Positions 9,454 through 17,858 of a stretch of 64,000 bases of DNA are shown one piece after another; within the stretch, counting starts at the first letter, position 1, and each line of letters opens with the position of its first letter. The stretch comes from an uncultured virus (IMG/VR IMGVR_UViG_3300037466_003063) (lineage: Duplodnaviria > Heunggongvirae > Uroviricota > Caudoviricetes): the IMG/VR virus record IMGVR_UViG_3300037466_003063, one strand, 5' to 3'. Position numbers and translations under genes: made by a program. Under the pieces are notes generated by a model. The model saw only the letters and a program-made list of their open reading frames with translations. It did not search any database and was not told the DNA's origin.

Positions 9454-12400
9454 ATGGCCGAGAACCGCAGGGACGTTAATCTAGTCATCCGCGCAAAGGA
9501 TGAAGCGTCCCGCGCCTTCGAGCAGGCCACGACGGTCCTTGAGCAGCTTGTCGGCATCAATACGAAGGTCGGCACGAGCGCTAGCAACGCTGCGTCCGAC
9601 CTCGCGAAGCTCGCCGAAATCGCCGTTACGCTCGACAAGGTCTATACGGCGGTCAACGGCTCGGCCGAGCGCGCCGCTACCGGCTTCTCGCGTCAGCAGA
9701 CAGCGATCGCCGCGCAGCGCAACGAACTGGCCGCGCTTCAGGCCCAAGCGAAGAACGCCCAGGCCGCAATCGAGCGGCTGAACGGCGCCGAGGCCGTGGT
9801 CGCCGCTGGCCGCAATCAGCAGCCGCGCCTTCAGGCACTGCAGCAGGTCACCGCCGAATATAATCGTCTGGAGCAGGCACAGCAGCGGCTCAAGTCATCG
9901 ATCGCCATTGCCGAAGCCGAACTCAACTCGCAGCGTTCGTCGCTGCAGCAGATCGGTTCTACGGCAACAGCAGTCGAGCAGGCGCAGAACCGCCTCGCCT
10001 CGACGACGCAACGTCTCACGACCGTCATGCAGAACCAGGCGAAAGCCGCGAGCGTCCTGCAGACGATCGAGCGCAACACCGGCCTCACCAACCGCGACTC
10101 CACTGATTATCAAGCGCTCGTCGGCCAAATCCATGCGGTCTCTGCGGCGCGCGACGAGGAGATCGCTCGTCTCAAGGCCGAAGAGGCTGCCACCGCAGCG
10201 GTGAGCCGCGCCAAGGAAGAACAGGCGCGCATCAACCAGTTGCTCAATGTCGGCACGGCGCAGGGCAAATCGGCGCAGGCGTCGGCCGCCGTGTTCCAGC
10301 AGGCCGATGTCGAGGCGCAGAAGAAGTTCGAGCAGACTGCGGCGCAGGCGGCGCAGGCGGCGAAGGAAGAAGAAGCAGCCATTGCCTCGCTGCGCGCCGA
10401 GATCAACCCGCTGGCGGTGGCCGAACAGCGGGCCGCAGCCGAGACGGCGAAGCTCGACGACTGGTTCAAGCGCGGCAAGATCACGCAGGTCGAATACGCG
10501 GTCGCGACGAAGAGTGTCGAGAACAGCCTGAAGCGCGCGAAAGCCGCCATGGCGGGCATCGATTCGCGCGGTCGCCCGTCACTGTTCGGCCTGAAGCCGT
10601 ACGAACTGCAGAACCTGAGCTTCCAGGTCAACGACATCATCACGCAGCTGGCTTCAGGCACATCGCTGTCGCAGACCCTCGCGCAGCAGTCGGGTCAGCT
10701 GATCCAGTTGTTCCCGCAGGTCGGCAACGCCGTGATCGCTGCGTTCAAATCGCCGCCGATCCTCGCGTTCGCTGCGGCGGTCGGCACGGTCGCGCTCGGC
10801 CTCCACGAAGTCGCTGAGGAAGCAGCACGGCTTCGCGCACTGAACGCCGTGCTGGAGTTGAATGCTGACGGAGCGTTGCACAGCGCCGAAGGACTGGCCG
10901 TCGCCTCGAAGGCGATGCAGCAATACGGCATCAGTGCAGAGGAGGCGCTGGCTGTCACGAAGACCCTCATCAAGGAGGGCTTCGACGATTCGCAGGTCGT
11001 GCAGCTTGGCGAGTCGTCTAAAATCCTGGCTGACGTTCTCGGGATCAAGGTCACCGATGCGGCGCAGCAGGTCGCCGACGCGTTCCGCGGCAGCTATGAC
11101 TCGATCAAGAAGCTCGACGACGCCACGAATTTCCTGAGCGCAGCGCAGCGTGAGCACATCAAGACCCTGTTCGAGCAGGGCAAGGTCGAGCAAGCACGGC
11201 AAGAGGCGCTGCGGATCTTCGAACAGAAGATGGAGGTCGTCGCCGATAAGATGCGCGGCCCGTGGCACGACGCAACCATCAGTCTCGGCGTCGCGTGGCA
11301 GACCTTCAAGGAAGCACTCGCAAACAACTCGGTCATGGATCAGGTTGCAGGCTCACTGGATAAGTTGGGCCGCAAGACCTCGGACCTGATCAACAAGCTC
11401 CGTGGCATCCGCGACATCACCACGGTCAACAATGAGATCAAGGATGTGCAGGAGCGCATCGACCTGCGTAACCGCGGCGGTGCCGGACTCTTCGGTCCTG
11501 GCGCAATCGATTTCGTCTCGGGTTCAACGCAGGCGAAGGACGAACAGCGGCTCAACGAACTGTTGCACGAGCGCAGCCGGATTCTCAGCGAAATCGGCAA
11601 GCAGCAGGATGCCAGCGGCAACGCATCGAAGAAGCTCAGCGAACTGCAGCAGAAGCAGAACGCCGATCTACAGGCTGCGACCGAGAAGCTGAAGGCGCAG
11701 GGCGATCTCACGAGCGACCGCACCAAGCTGCAGATCGAATATAACGAAGCGCTTCTGGAAGCACAGCGAACCTTCCCCAACTCGGCACCCGAGTTGCAGC
11801 GTCAGTATGCGCTGACCAAGCAGAAGATGCTGCAGATTCAGTTGGACAAGCAGCACGCTGCCGAGGCGAAGGCGGCTGCCGATCAGGCAGAGCGTGAGCG
11901 CAAAGAGCGTGAGCGACTGGCGAAGGACCCGATCTTCCAGTCCGTGTCGCTCATCAAGAGCTTCGAGGGTTTCTCGTCGCACGCGAAGATAGACAGCGAC
12001 GGGCGCTTCCGTGCCGGCTTTGGCTCGGACACGTTCACCCGTCAGGATGGCAGCATCGGCCAGGTCACGTCGAAGACGGTCGTCACGCTCGACGATGCAG
12101 TCCGCGATCTGGAGCGCCGCGTCGTCGAGTTCCAGAACGTCGTCAAGCAACAGATCGGCGCGGAGCGATTTGCCGAGTTCTCGGCGCGGCAGCAGGCGGC
12201 GCTGACCTCGATCGCGTACAATTATGGCAAGCTGCCCGACCGAATCGTCGAGGCGGTCAAGCATGGCACGAGCCAGCAGATCGCTACGGCGGTGCAGGGT
12301 CTCGCGGGCGACAATGGCGGCATCAACGCGAAGCGGCGCAACAAGGAAGCCGCCATCCTCGGCGTGCAGAACCTCGCGGTCGATCAGGGCGCGGAACAGG

Positions 12401-13605
12401 CGCTGGCCGACATCGAGGCCGAACGTCTCAGGGTGCAGACCGCGTTCAACGAAAAACTCAAGGAGGAGAACGACACTCGCCGGCAGGACATCGCGCAGCT
12501 GGAGGCCCAGAAGGGACTCGTCGGCGATGCGCTCCTCGCGGAGCAGAAGAAGGAGTTCGTCGCCGACGCGATCCTCAAGAAGCAGCAGGAGATCGACAAG
12601 CTCAACGCGCAGCGCGCGAATGAGGGCAAGCCGCTCATCCAGTTCACCGAGGAACAGAAGAAAGCGGTCGGGGACCTGGCTGCCACATATTTCGATCTAG
12701 CGCACGCCAAGGACGCGGCAGCGAACGCGCGCGACGCCGTTCAGCAGCCGCTGGATGCGCTGCAGGCGCAGAAGGAAGCGATTCAGGCGCAGATCGACTT
12801 CTTCCGCCAGAACGGTCAGGACGGCATGGCCGACCGCCTGCTGCCGCAACTGGATGCGATTAACAGCAAGCTGAAAGACGCGATCCAGAACATGATCAAG
12901 TTCTGGCAGTCGGTTCTCCAGGGCGCACACGGCGGAGCCGCTGCATTTGGCACCACCAACGAGGCGATCAAAGCTACGATTCTCGCTCTGCAGGGTGCCA
13001 GCGAACAGGCCGACCGCCTGACGACGTTCATGGGCCTGACGGCCGAGAGCATCGCGCACGCGTTCACCGGTGCGGCAGTCAGCGCGATCGAGAAGTTCGC
13101 CCAGGCGGTCGCGGGCGGCGCCAACGTGTTCAAGTCGCTGAAGGAAGCGTTTCTCCAGTTCGCCTCCGAATTCCTGCTGAAGATCGCCGAGATGATCCTG
13201 CAACAGATCATCTTCAACGCAGTGATGCAGGGGCTGAAGGCAATCGGCATCGGTGTACCGGTGGCGCACACCGGCGGCGTCGTCGGTCGAGACGCGCTGG
13301 CAAGTCGAACCGTTTCCCCGATGTGGTTCGCGAACGCGCGTCGCTATCACACCGGCGGCATTGCTGGTCTCAAGCCCGATGAGGTCCCCGCCATCCTCAA
13401 GCAGGGCGAGGAAGTGCTGACTGCAGCGGATCCGCGGCATCGTGCCAACGGTGGCGGCAACGGGAAGATGCCGAACATCAAGATCGTCAACGCGATCGAC
13501 GCCGGTGAGTTCGTGTCGCAGGGTATCGGCACGGCGCACGGCGAGCGCGCGATCCTCAACTGGATGCGGGGCAACGCCGGCGCGATCCGTCAGGCGCTCG
13601 GCTAA
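9454..13605 (+). CDS. Tail tape measure protein with internal GH24 lysozyme-like domain
   Basis: 1383 aa Ala/Gln-rich helical; NLSFQVNDIITQLASG; IKSFEGF..AGFG..ALTSIAYNYG..RRNKEA. Confidence 0.93.
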   Translation: MAENRRDVNLVIRAKDEASRAFEQATTVLEQLVGINTKVGTSASNAASDLAKLAEIAVTLDKVYTAVNGSAERAATGFSRQQTAIAAQRNELAALQAQAKNAQAAIERLNGAEAVVAAGRNQQPRLQALQQVTAEYNRLEQAQQRLKSSIAIAEAELNSQRSSLQQIGSTATAVEQAQNRLASTTQRLTTVMQNQAKAASVLQTIERNTGLTNRDSTDYQALVGQIHAVSAARDEEIARLKAEEAATAAVSRAKEEQARINQLLNVGTAQGKSAQASAAVFQQADVEAQKKFEQTAAQAAQAAKEEEAAIASLRAEINPLAVAEQRAAAETAKLDDWFKRGKITQVEYAVATKSVENSLKRAKAAMAGIDSRGRPSLFGLKPYELQNLSFQVNDIITQLASGTSLSQTLAQQSGQLIQLFPQVGNAVIAAFKSPPILAFAAAVGTVALGLHEVAEEAARLRALNAVLELNADGALHSAEGLAVASKAMQQYGISAEEALAVTKTLIKEGFDDSQVVQLGESSKILADVLGIKVTDAAQQVADAFRGSYDSIKKLDDATNFLSAAQREHIKTLFEQGKVEQARQEALRIFEQKMEVVADKMRGPWHDATISLGVAWQTFKEALANNSVMDQVAGSLDKLGRKTSDLINKLRGIRDITTVNNEIKDVQERIDLRNRGGAGLFGPGAIDFVSGSTQAKDEQRLNELLHERSRILSEIGKQQDASGNASKKLSELQQKQNADLQAATEKLKAQGDLTSDRTKLQIEYNEALLEAQRTFPNSAPELQRQYALTKQKMLQIQLDKQHAAEAKAAADQAERERKERERLAKDPIFQSVSLIKSFEGFSSHAKIDSDGRFRAGFGSDTFTRQDGSIGQVTSKTVVTLDDAVRDLERRVVEFQNVVKQQIGAERFAEFSARQQAALTSIAYNYGKLPDRIVEAVKHGTSQQIATAVQGLAGDNGGINAKRRNKEAAILGVQNLAVDQGAEQALADIEAERLRVQTAFNEKLKEENDTRRQDIAQLEAQKGLVGDALLAEQKKEFVADAILKKQQEIDKLNAQRANEGKPLIQFTEEQKKAVGDLAATYFDLAHAKDAAANARDAVQQPLDALQAQKEAIQAQIDFFRQNGQDGMADRLLPQLDAINSKLKDAIQNMIKFWQSVLQGAHGGAAAFGTTNEAIKATILALQGASEQADRLTTFMGLTAESIAHAFTGAAVSAIEKFAQAVAGGANVFKSLKEAFLQFASEFLLKIAEMILQQIIFNAVMQGLKAIGIGVPVAHTGGVVGRDALASRTVSPMWFANARRYHTGGIAGLKPDEVPAILKQGEEVLTAADPRHRANGGGNGKMPNIKIVNAIDAGEFVSQGIGTAHGERAILNWMRGNAGAIRQALG

Positions 13606-14808
13606 ATGTCCACCGATCCGGCAGCCGCATTCGTCTGGAGCTTCCTGCCCAATTGGCGGGAATCGTTTCAGGTGTCGCGCGAATACAAGACCGACATCTT
13701 CACGTCGCGCTCAAGGCGCGAGCAGCGTCGCGCGCTGCGTACTACGCCGCGACTGGAGTTCGGCTTTGAAGCGCTCGTCCATCTCGACGAGTGGCGCGAA
13801 TATGAAGGGCTGATGAGCTACGCGCAGAACAAGCCGTTCATCATGCCCGACTGGACGCGGCGCTCAACTCTCGCTTCTCCTGCGGTGAGCGGCGGTTCGA
13901 CCATCGTGCTCGCGGACGCGCCCTCGTGGGTCTTCGACGGCAGAGCGCTGTTCCTGTTCGACGGCCGCACCAGGCCGACGCCGGTGTATGTGGCGTCGAT
14001 GTTGGGCAGCACCGTGACGCTCGCCGACCCGCTGAGCGCTGCATGGCCTGCCGGGACGATCGTGCTGCCGGGTCCGGTCGGCCTGCTGGTCGACGAGATC
14101 GACAACAGCAGTCCCGTCAACGGCCTCGCCGTCGTCAAGGTGAACTTCAAGGTCGAGCCGGGAAGCGAACCGTATGTCGCTCCGCCGGCGGCGCCGGTGA
14201 CCTACAACGGCTTCGAGGTCTGCACGTTCAGGCCGAATTGGGCGAACTCGCTGACGCAGAACTTCATCTATCCGATGGAGCAGGTCGACTACGACCGCGG
14301 GCCGGTGGCGAACTTCTTCCCCTACGATTTCCCCTCACGGTCGCGGCGCGCCAGCTTCACGGCGATGGACGAAGCCGAAGGCCGCGAGTTCGAGGAATTC
14401 TTCGATCGGATGAAGGGGCAGCGCGGCGAATTCTACATGCCGACCGGAGTCAACGATCTGCCGCCGCTGTCGGATCTCGCGAGCGGAACTGCGACGCTGA
14501 CCGTGGCCGACACGCTGGCTGCGACCTATTACTCGAACAGCAAGGTGTTCAAGGCGCTAGCCGTGCAGATGCGTGACGGCACCTTCCACTATCGGCTCGT
14601 CAACAGCCTCGTCCCGAGCGGCGGCAATACGGTCATCACCGTCAACACCAACTGGCCCTCGACGCTCGCTGCGTCGGACATCGTGATGATCTCATGGATG
14701 CCGGTGTGGCGCTTCGCGAGCGACACGTTGACGATGGACTGGCTGACGAACTCGGTCGCGCGTCTGGACTTGCCGATGCGAACGCTCGAACAACTGACCG
14801 CGGAGTAA
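13606..14808 (+). CDS. Distal tail/baseplate protein
   Basis: PNW...EYKTDI...REQRRALRTTPR motif; follows tape measure. Confidence 0.75.
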   Translation: MSTDPAAAFVWSFLPNWRESFQVSREYKTDIFTSRSRREQRRALRTTPRLEFGFEALVHLDEWREYEGLMSYAQNKPFIMPDWTRRSTLASPAVSGGSTIVLADAPSWVFDGRALFLFDGRTRPTPVYVASMLGSTVTLADPLSAAWPAGTIVLPGPVGLLVDEIDNSSPVNGLAVVKVNFKVEPGSEPYVAPPAAPVTYNGFEVCTFRPNWANSLTQNFIYPMEQVDYDRGPVANFFPYDFPSRSRRASFTAMDEAEGREFEEFFDRMKGQRGEFYMPTGVNDLPPLSDLASGTATLTVADTLAATYYSNSKVFKALAVQMRDGTFHYRLVNSLVPSGGNTVITVNTNWPSTLAASDIVMISWMPVWRFASDTLTMDWLTNSVARLDLPMRTLEQLTAE

Positions 14809-14811
14809 CGG

Positions 14812-15672
14812 ATGCCGTTTGAACCAATCGAGGAAAGCCGTACGCTCGGCGAGCCAGTCGAACTCTACTTCTTCGTCTACGGCTCATCGGACACCGAGTA
14901 TTACGCCTACACCGATTCAGAGGAGCCGATCACGATCGATGTCGGTGCTCCTTATGGCTCGGTCGAGTTTCAGCCTCATCCGATCATGCGCGACACGGTC
15001 AAGTCGTCAGGCACGCTCGACAAGCAGTCGCTAACCGTCAGCCTGCAGCGCGACGCGGAAGTCGCTGAACTGTTCCGTGTCTACCCGCCGACGCAGCCTG
15101 TGACCGCGATTATCCGCCAGGGGCATTTCGGAGATACGGAATTCCTCGTCATCTGGACTGGTCGCGTGCTCAGCTGCAAATTCACCGACAGCGAAGCCGA
15201 ACTGACCTGCGAGCCGGTCGCCACGTCGATGAAGCGCGCCGGTCTGCGCCGCAACTACCAGTATGGCTGCCCGCACGCGCTCTACATGGGCAACGACCAG
15301 GCCGGCTGCCATGCCGACAAGGCAGCGGCGACGGTGAGCGCGACCGTTACTGCGATCAGCGGCTCCACGCTTTCGCTGTCGAGCGGCTGGAACGGCAGCT
15401 TTGCGGCCGAGAAATTCATCAACGGCATGGTCGAATGGACGACTGCGGCAGGATCGATCGAGCGGCGCACGACGCTGAACCTCAGCGGCAACGATCTGTC
15501 GCTGTCTGGAATCATCAGGAACCTGACGGTCGGAGCAACCGTGTCGGTGATCCTCGGGTGCAATCACCAACTGGACGACTGCGCTGATCTGCACAACGTC
15601 ATCGGTGACTATGGCGGCCAGTGGCTGATTCCGACGAAGTCCCCGTTCGGCTTCTACAACAACTATTACTAG
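14812..15672 (+). CDS. Tail tip protein, BR0599/DUF2163 family
   Basis: RNYQYGCPHALY..C and GCNHQLDDC..N..YGG cysteine motifs. Confidence 0.85.
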   Translation: MPFEPIEESRTLGEPVELYFFVYGSSDTEYYAYTDSEEPITIDVGAPYGSVEFQPHPIMRDTVKSSGTLDKQSLTVSLQRDAEVAELFRVYPPTQPVTAIIRQGHFGDTEFLVIWTGRVLSCKFTDSEAELTCEPVATSMKRAGLRRNYQYGCPHALYMGNDQAGCHADKAAATVSATVTAISGSTLSLSSGWNGSFAAEKFINGMVEWTTAAGSIERRTTLNLSGNDLSLSGIIRNLTVGATVSVILGCNHQLDDCADLHNVIGDYGGQWLIPTKSPFGFYNNYY

Positions 15673-15956
15673 CGGATTAAGGACAGAGCTTCGCGAGCTA
15701 TCTTCGCACAACGGCCTTCGACCTTGCGTTCAGTCCACAACTCGCGGTCGTTGGCATAAGATAGATGCGGCGTTCGTTCGGTTCGCGTATCCTCTTGCTG
15801 AATGCGTTCCAGCGCCTCCCGCATAATCTCGCTGGCTTCGGGGTTAGGGGATGCTGCGTGCATGGCGGTGTAGATTGCCTCTAGCCACTCGTTGATTTTC
15901 GACAGACTATGCGACTTCGCGGCCTTGCGCCCTGCCTCGACCATTTCATCGGTCAC
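15669..15956 (-). CDS. Chimeric hypothetical protein (moron)
   Basis: VTDEMVEAG..AIYTAM motif; shares segments with ORFs at 35.1-35.5 kb and 48.8-49.2 kb. Confidence 0.7.
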   Translation of the reverse strand: MTDEMVEAGRKAAKSHSLSKINEWLEAIYTAMHAASPNPEASEIMREALERIQQEDTRTERTPHLSYANDRELWTERKVEGRCAKIAREALSLIR

Positions 15957-15972
15957 AATCGCCTTGGGTGGG

Positions 15973-16335
15973 TCACTTGGGCGTCTCGCTTGCGGCGCTC
16001 AGGCCGCCGACGCGGTAGGCATAACAGGGGCGGCTATCTGGCAGCGTGTCGCTGAACGCGGGCAAGCAGGCGGTGCAGCCGTTGTCGTCAGTCGCGAACT
16101 CATCGTCGCCAAATAGTGGCGCTCCGCATGGTTCGCAGCATCCGCAAAACTCTTTTAGAATCTTCCGGCAGCCTAAGTTGTCACACTCGCTGATTATGCC
16201 GTCAGCAATCATCCGCTCCGTGAATCTAGCGGCTTCGTTGTAGCCGATGCCGAGTTCGTTCTTAATGGCCTGCGTTGTCATACGGCCGTTGCTCCCAACG
16301 GCTGCCCAGACGGCCTCCCCGTAACGGTCCATCAT
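15973..16335 (-). CDS. Stand-alone FtsK gamma-like winged-helix domain plus Cys-rich (Zn-finger-like) region
   Basis: TQAIKNELGIGYNEAARFTERMIADGIIS..G.RKIL matches FtsK-gamma; CxxCxxC..CxxC follows; start overlaps the upstream stop. Confidence 0.75.
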   Translation of the reverse strand: MMDRYGEAVWAAVGSNGRMTTQAIKNELGIGYNEAARFTERMIADGIISECDNLGCRKILKEFCGCCEPCGAPLFGDDEFATDDNGCTACLPAFSDTLPDSRPCYAYRVGGLSAASETPK

Positions 16336-16553
16336 TCCTGCTCCTTGTTGGATGCGCGGAGAGAAGCGATCAGCTCCTTTGCCAGCGGCGTATCGAACGT
16401 GATGCTGCCGTGGCGCTTGGTGCCTAGCCCGAGCGAGCATAGATGCCCGCCAGCCTCGAACATCCACGATCCCCAACCGTCGCATTCGCCAAGAAGCAGC
16501 GCGCGTTCGTGCTCGCTCAGCTGCTCGGCAAGCTCCAGCAATGATGGTTTCAT
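16332..16553 (-). CDS. Hypothetical protein (moron)
   Basis: SD GGAAGGA; translationally coupled to the next gene. Confidence 0.65.
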   Translation of the reverse strand: MKPSLLELAEQLSEHERALLLGECDGWGSWMFEAGGHLCSLGLGTKRHGSITFDTPLAKELIASLRASNKEQE

Positions 16554-16605
16554 CGATCCTTCCCTGCGTAATTCCCAAATCCCCTACATCTTTCAACCTA
16601 CACAG

Positions 16606-17139
16606 TCAACCCAAAGTTGAATTTAACTCACGTGCGAGCCGCTGCTGGACCGCGTTATCCTTCCGCAACGCATCGAACCGTGGCTGGACGGCGATCTGCA
16701 CCAATTCAGTGTGTCGCTCAGCATCGAACGGCAGGCCGGTAAGATATTGCCAGATGTTCGTCGCATCGAAGGGATCGAACAAGCAGCGCCAGTGATAGTG
16801 CCGCCCGTGGACGCGGTCGAGAAGTCCCGGCGCTTCGTCGTCCGGCGCCGCCTCGGGGACACCGCAGCGCTGCAGCGATTCACGAATTTCCCCGAGGGGA
16901 CGATGCAGGATGAGCTTCCGCGCCGGATGATTGTTGAGCCAATCGAGCCACATCCATGAGCCGCTGCAGCTGATACCTGCGACACGTTCGCCAGCGCGAA
17001 GCGGCACGACCTGATCCAGCCTGGAATAGTGCGTCGTCCAGAGAGGGTCGTGGACGCAGAACGTCCGGTCGGTCGTCAGCCAGTTGGCGGCCCATGTAGT
17101 CCCGCTCCGCGGCAGCCCAATCACCATGAATTCAATCAT
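16606..17139 (-). CDS. Sulfotransferase-like P-loop protein
   Basis: N-terminal FMVIGLPRSGTTWAANWL (PAPS 5'-PSB loop), HDP, ILHRP motifs. Confidence 0.7.
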   Translation of the reverse strand: MIEFMVIGLPRSGTTWAANWLTTDRTFCVHDPLWTTHYSRLDQVVPLRAGERVAGISCSGSWMWLDWLNNHPARKLILHRPLGEIRESLQRCGVPEAAPDDEAPGLLDRVHGRHYHWRCLFDPFDATNIWQYLTGLPFDAERHTELVQIAVQPRFDALRKDNAVQQRLARELNSTLG

Positions 17140-17199
17140 CGGTTGAACGTGCCACGGGCTGCTTCCAATTTCAACCCCTTGGTGTTATCTCACCTACAA

Positions 17200-17442
17200 A
17201 TGGCATTCTTCGTTCAGCTGGCGATCGCGATTGCGATGATGATCATCGCTTACGTGATCATGCCCAAGCCGAAGCCTCCGAGGCCCGAGGCGGCGAAGGA
17301 CTTGGAGGATCCGACAGCCGAAGCGGGGCGCCCGATTCCGGTCATCTTTGGGACCGTGCTGGTCAAGGGCGGCAACGTGCTGTGGTTCGGCGAGAAGTCG
17401 ATCAAGACCTACACGGTCAAGACCGACAGCGGCGGTAAGTGA
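17200..17442 (+). CDS. Small tail assembly protein
   Basis: Hydrophobic N-terminus and PTAEAGRPIPVIFGT..NVLWFG. Confidence 0.8.
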   Translation: MAFFVQLAIAIAMMIIAYVIMPKPKPPRPEAAKDLEDPTAEAGRPIPVIFGTVLVKGGNVLWFGEKSIKTYTVKTDSGGK

Positions 17443-17858
17443 TGCGCATCACGATCGACGATGCTCGGCAGGCAGGCCATTGCGTCAGCGGAGTGCGCGC
17501 CTGGGCGAGGTCTCATCCTCATCTCGACTTCCGCGACTTCCTCAAGAACGGCGTCGACAGCGATGACCTGCCGCAGGACGATGCGCTGGTTCAGCAGATC
17601 ATCGAGCGTAAGGTTCAGCGCGAACTGCTCGATGTCGACCCTGCAGAAATCAACGGGCTGACAATCACCGCTGAAGACGTGCAGGCCGCTGGCAAATGTC
17701 TCGACGGCTCGCGCGAATGGGCGCGCCTCAACGGATTCGATTTCCGCGACTTCATCAAGAACGGTGTGCCTGCGGCGCAGCTGCTTGCCACGGGCGACGC
17801 CGAAGCGCGCCTGATCGTCCGTCACGCACTCGAAAGGAACCGCAATGGGCGGCGGTAA
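17439..17858 (+). CDS. Tail-associated protein with tandem duplicated domain
   Basis: IT.DD.R.AG.C..G.R.W....DFRDF.KNGV occurs twice. Confidence 0.75.
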   Translation: MMRITIDDARQAGHCVSGVRAWARSHPHLDFRDFLKNGVDSDDLPQDDALVQQIIERKVQRELLDVDPAEINGLTITAEDVQAAGKCLDGSREWARLNGFDFRDFIKNGVPAAQLLATGDAEARLIVRHALERNRNGRR

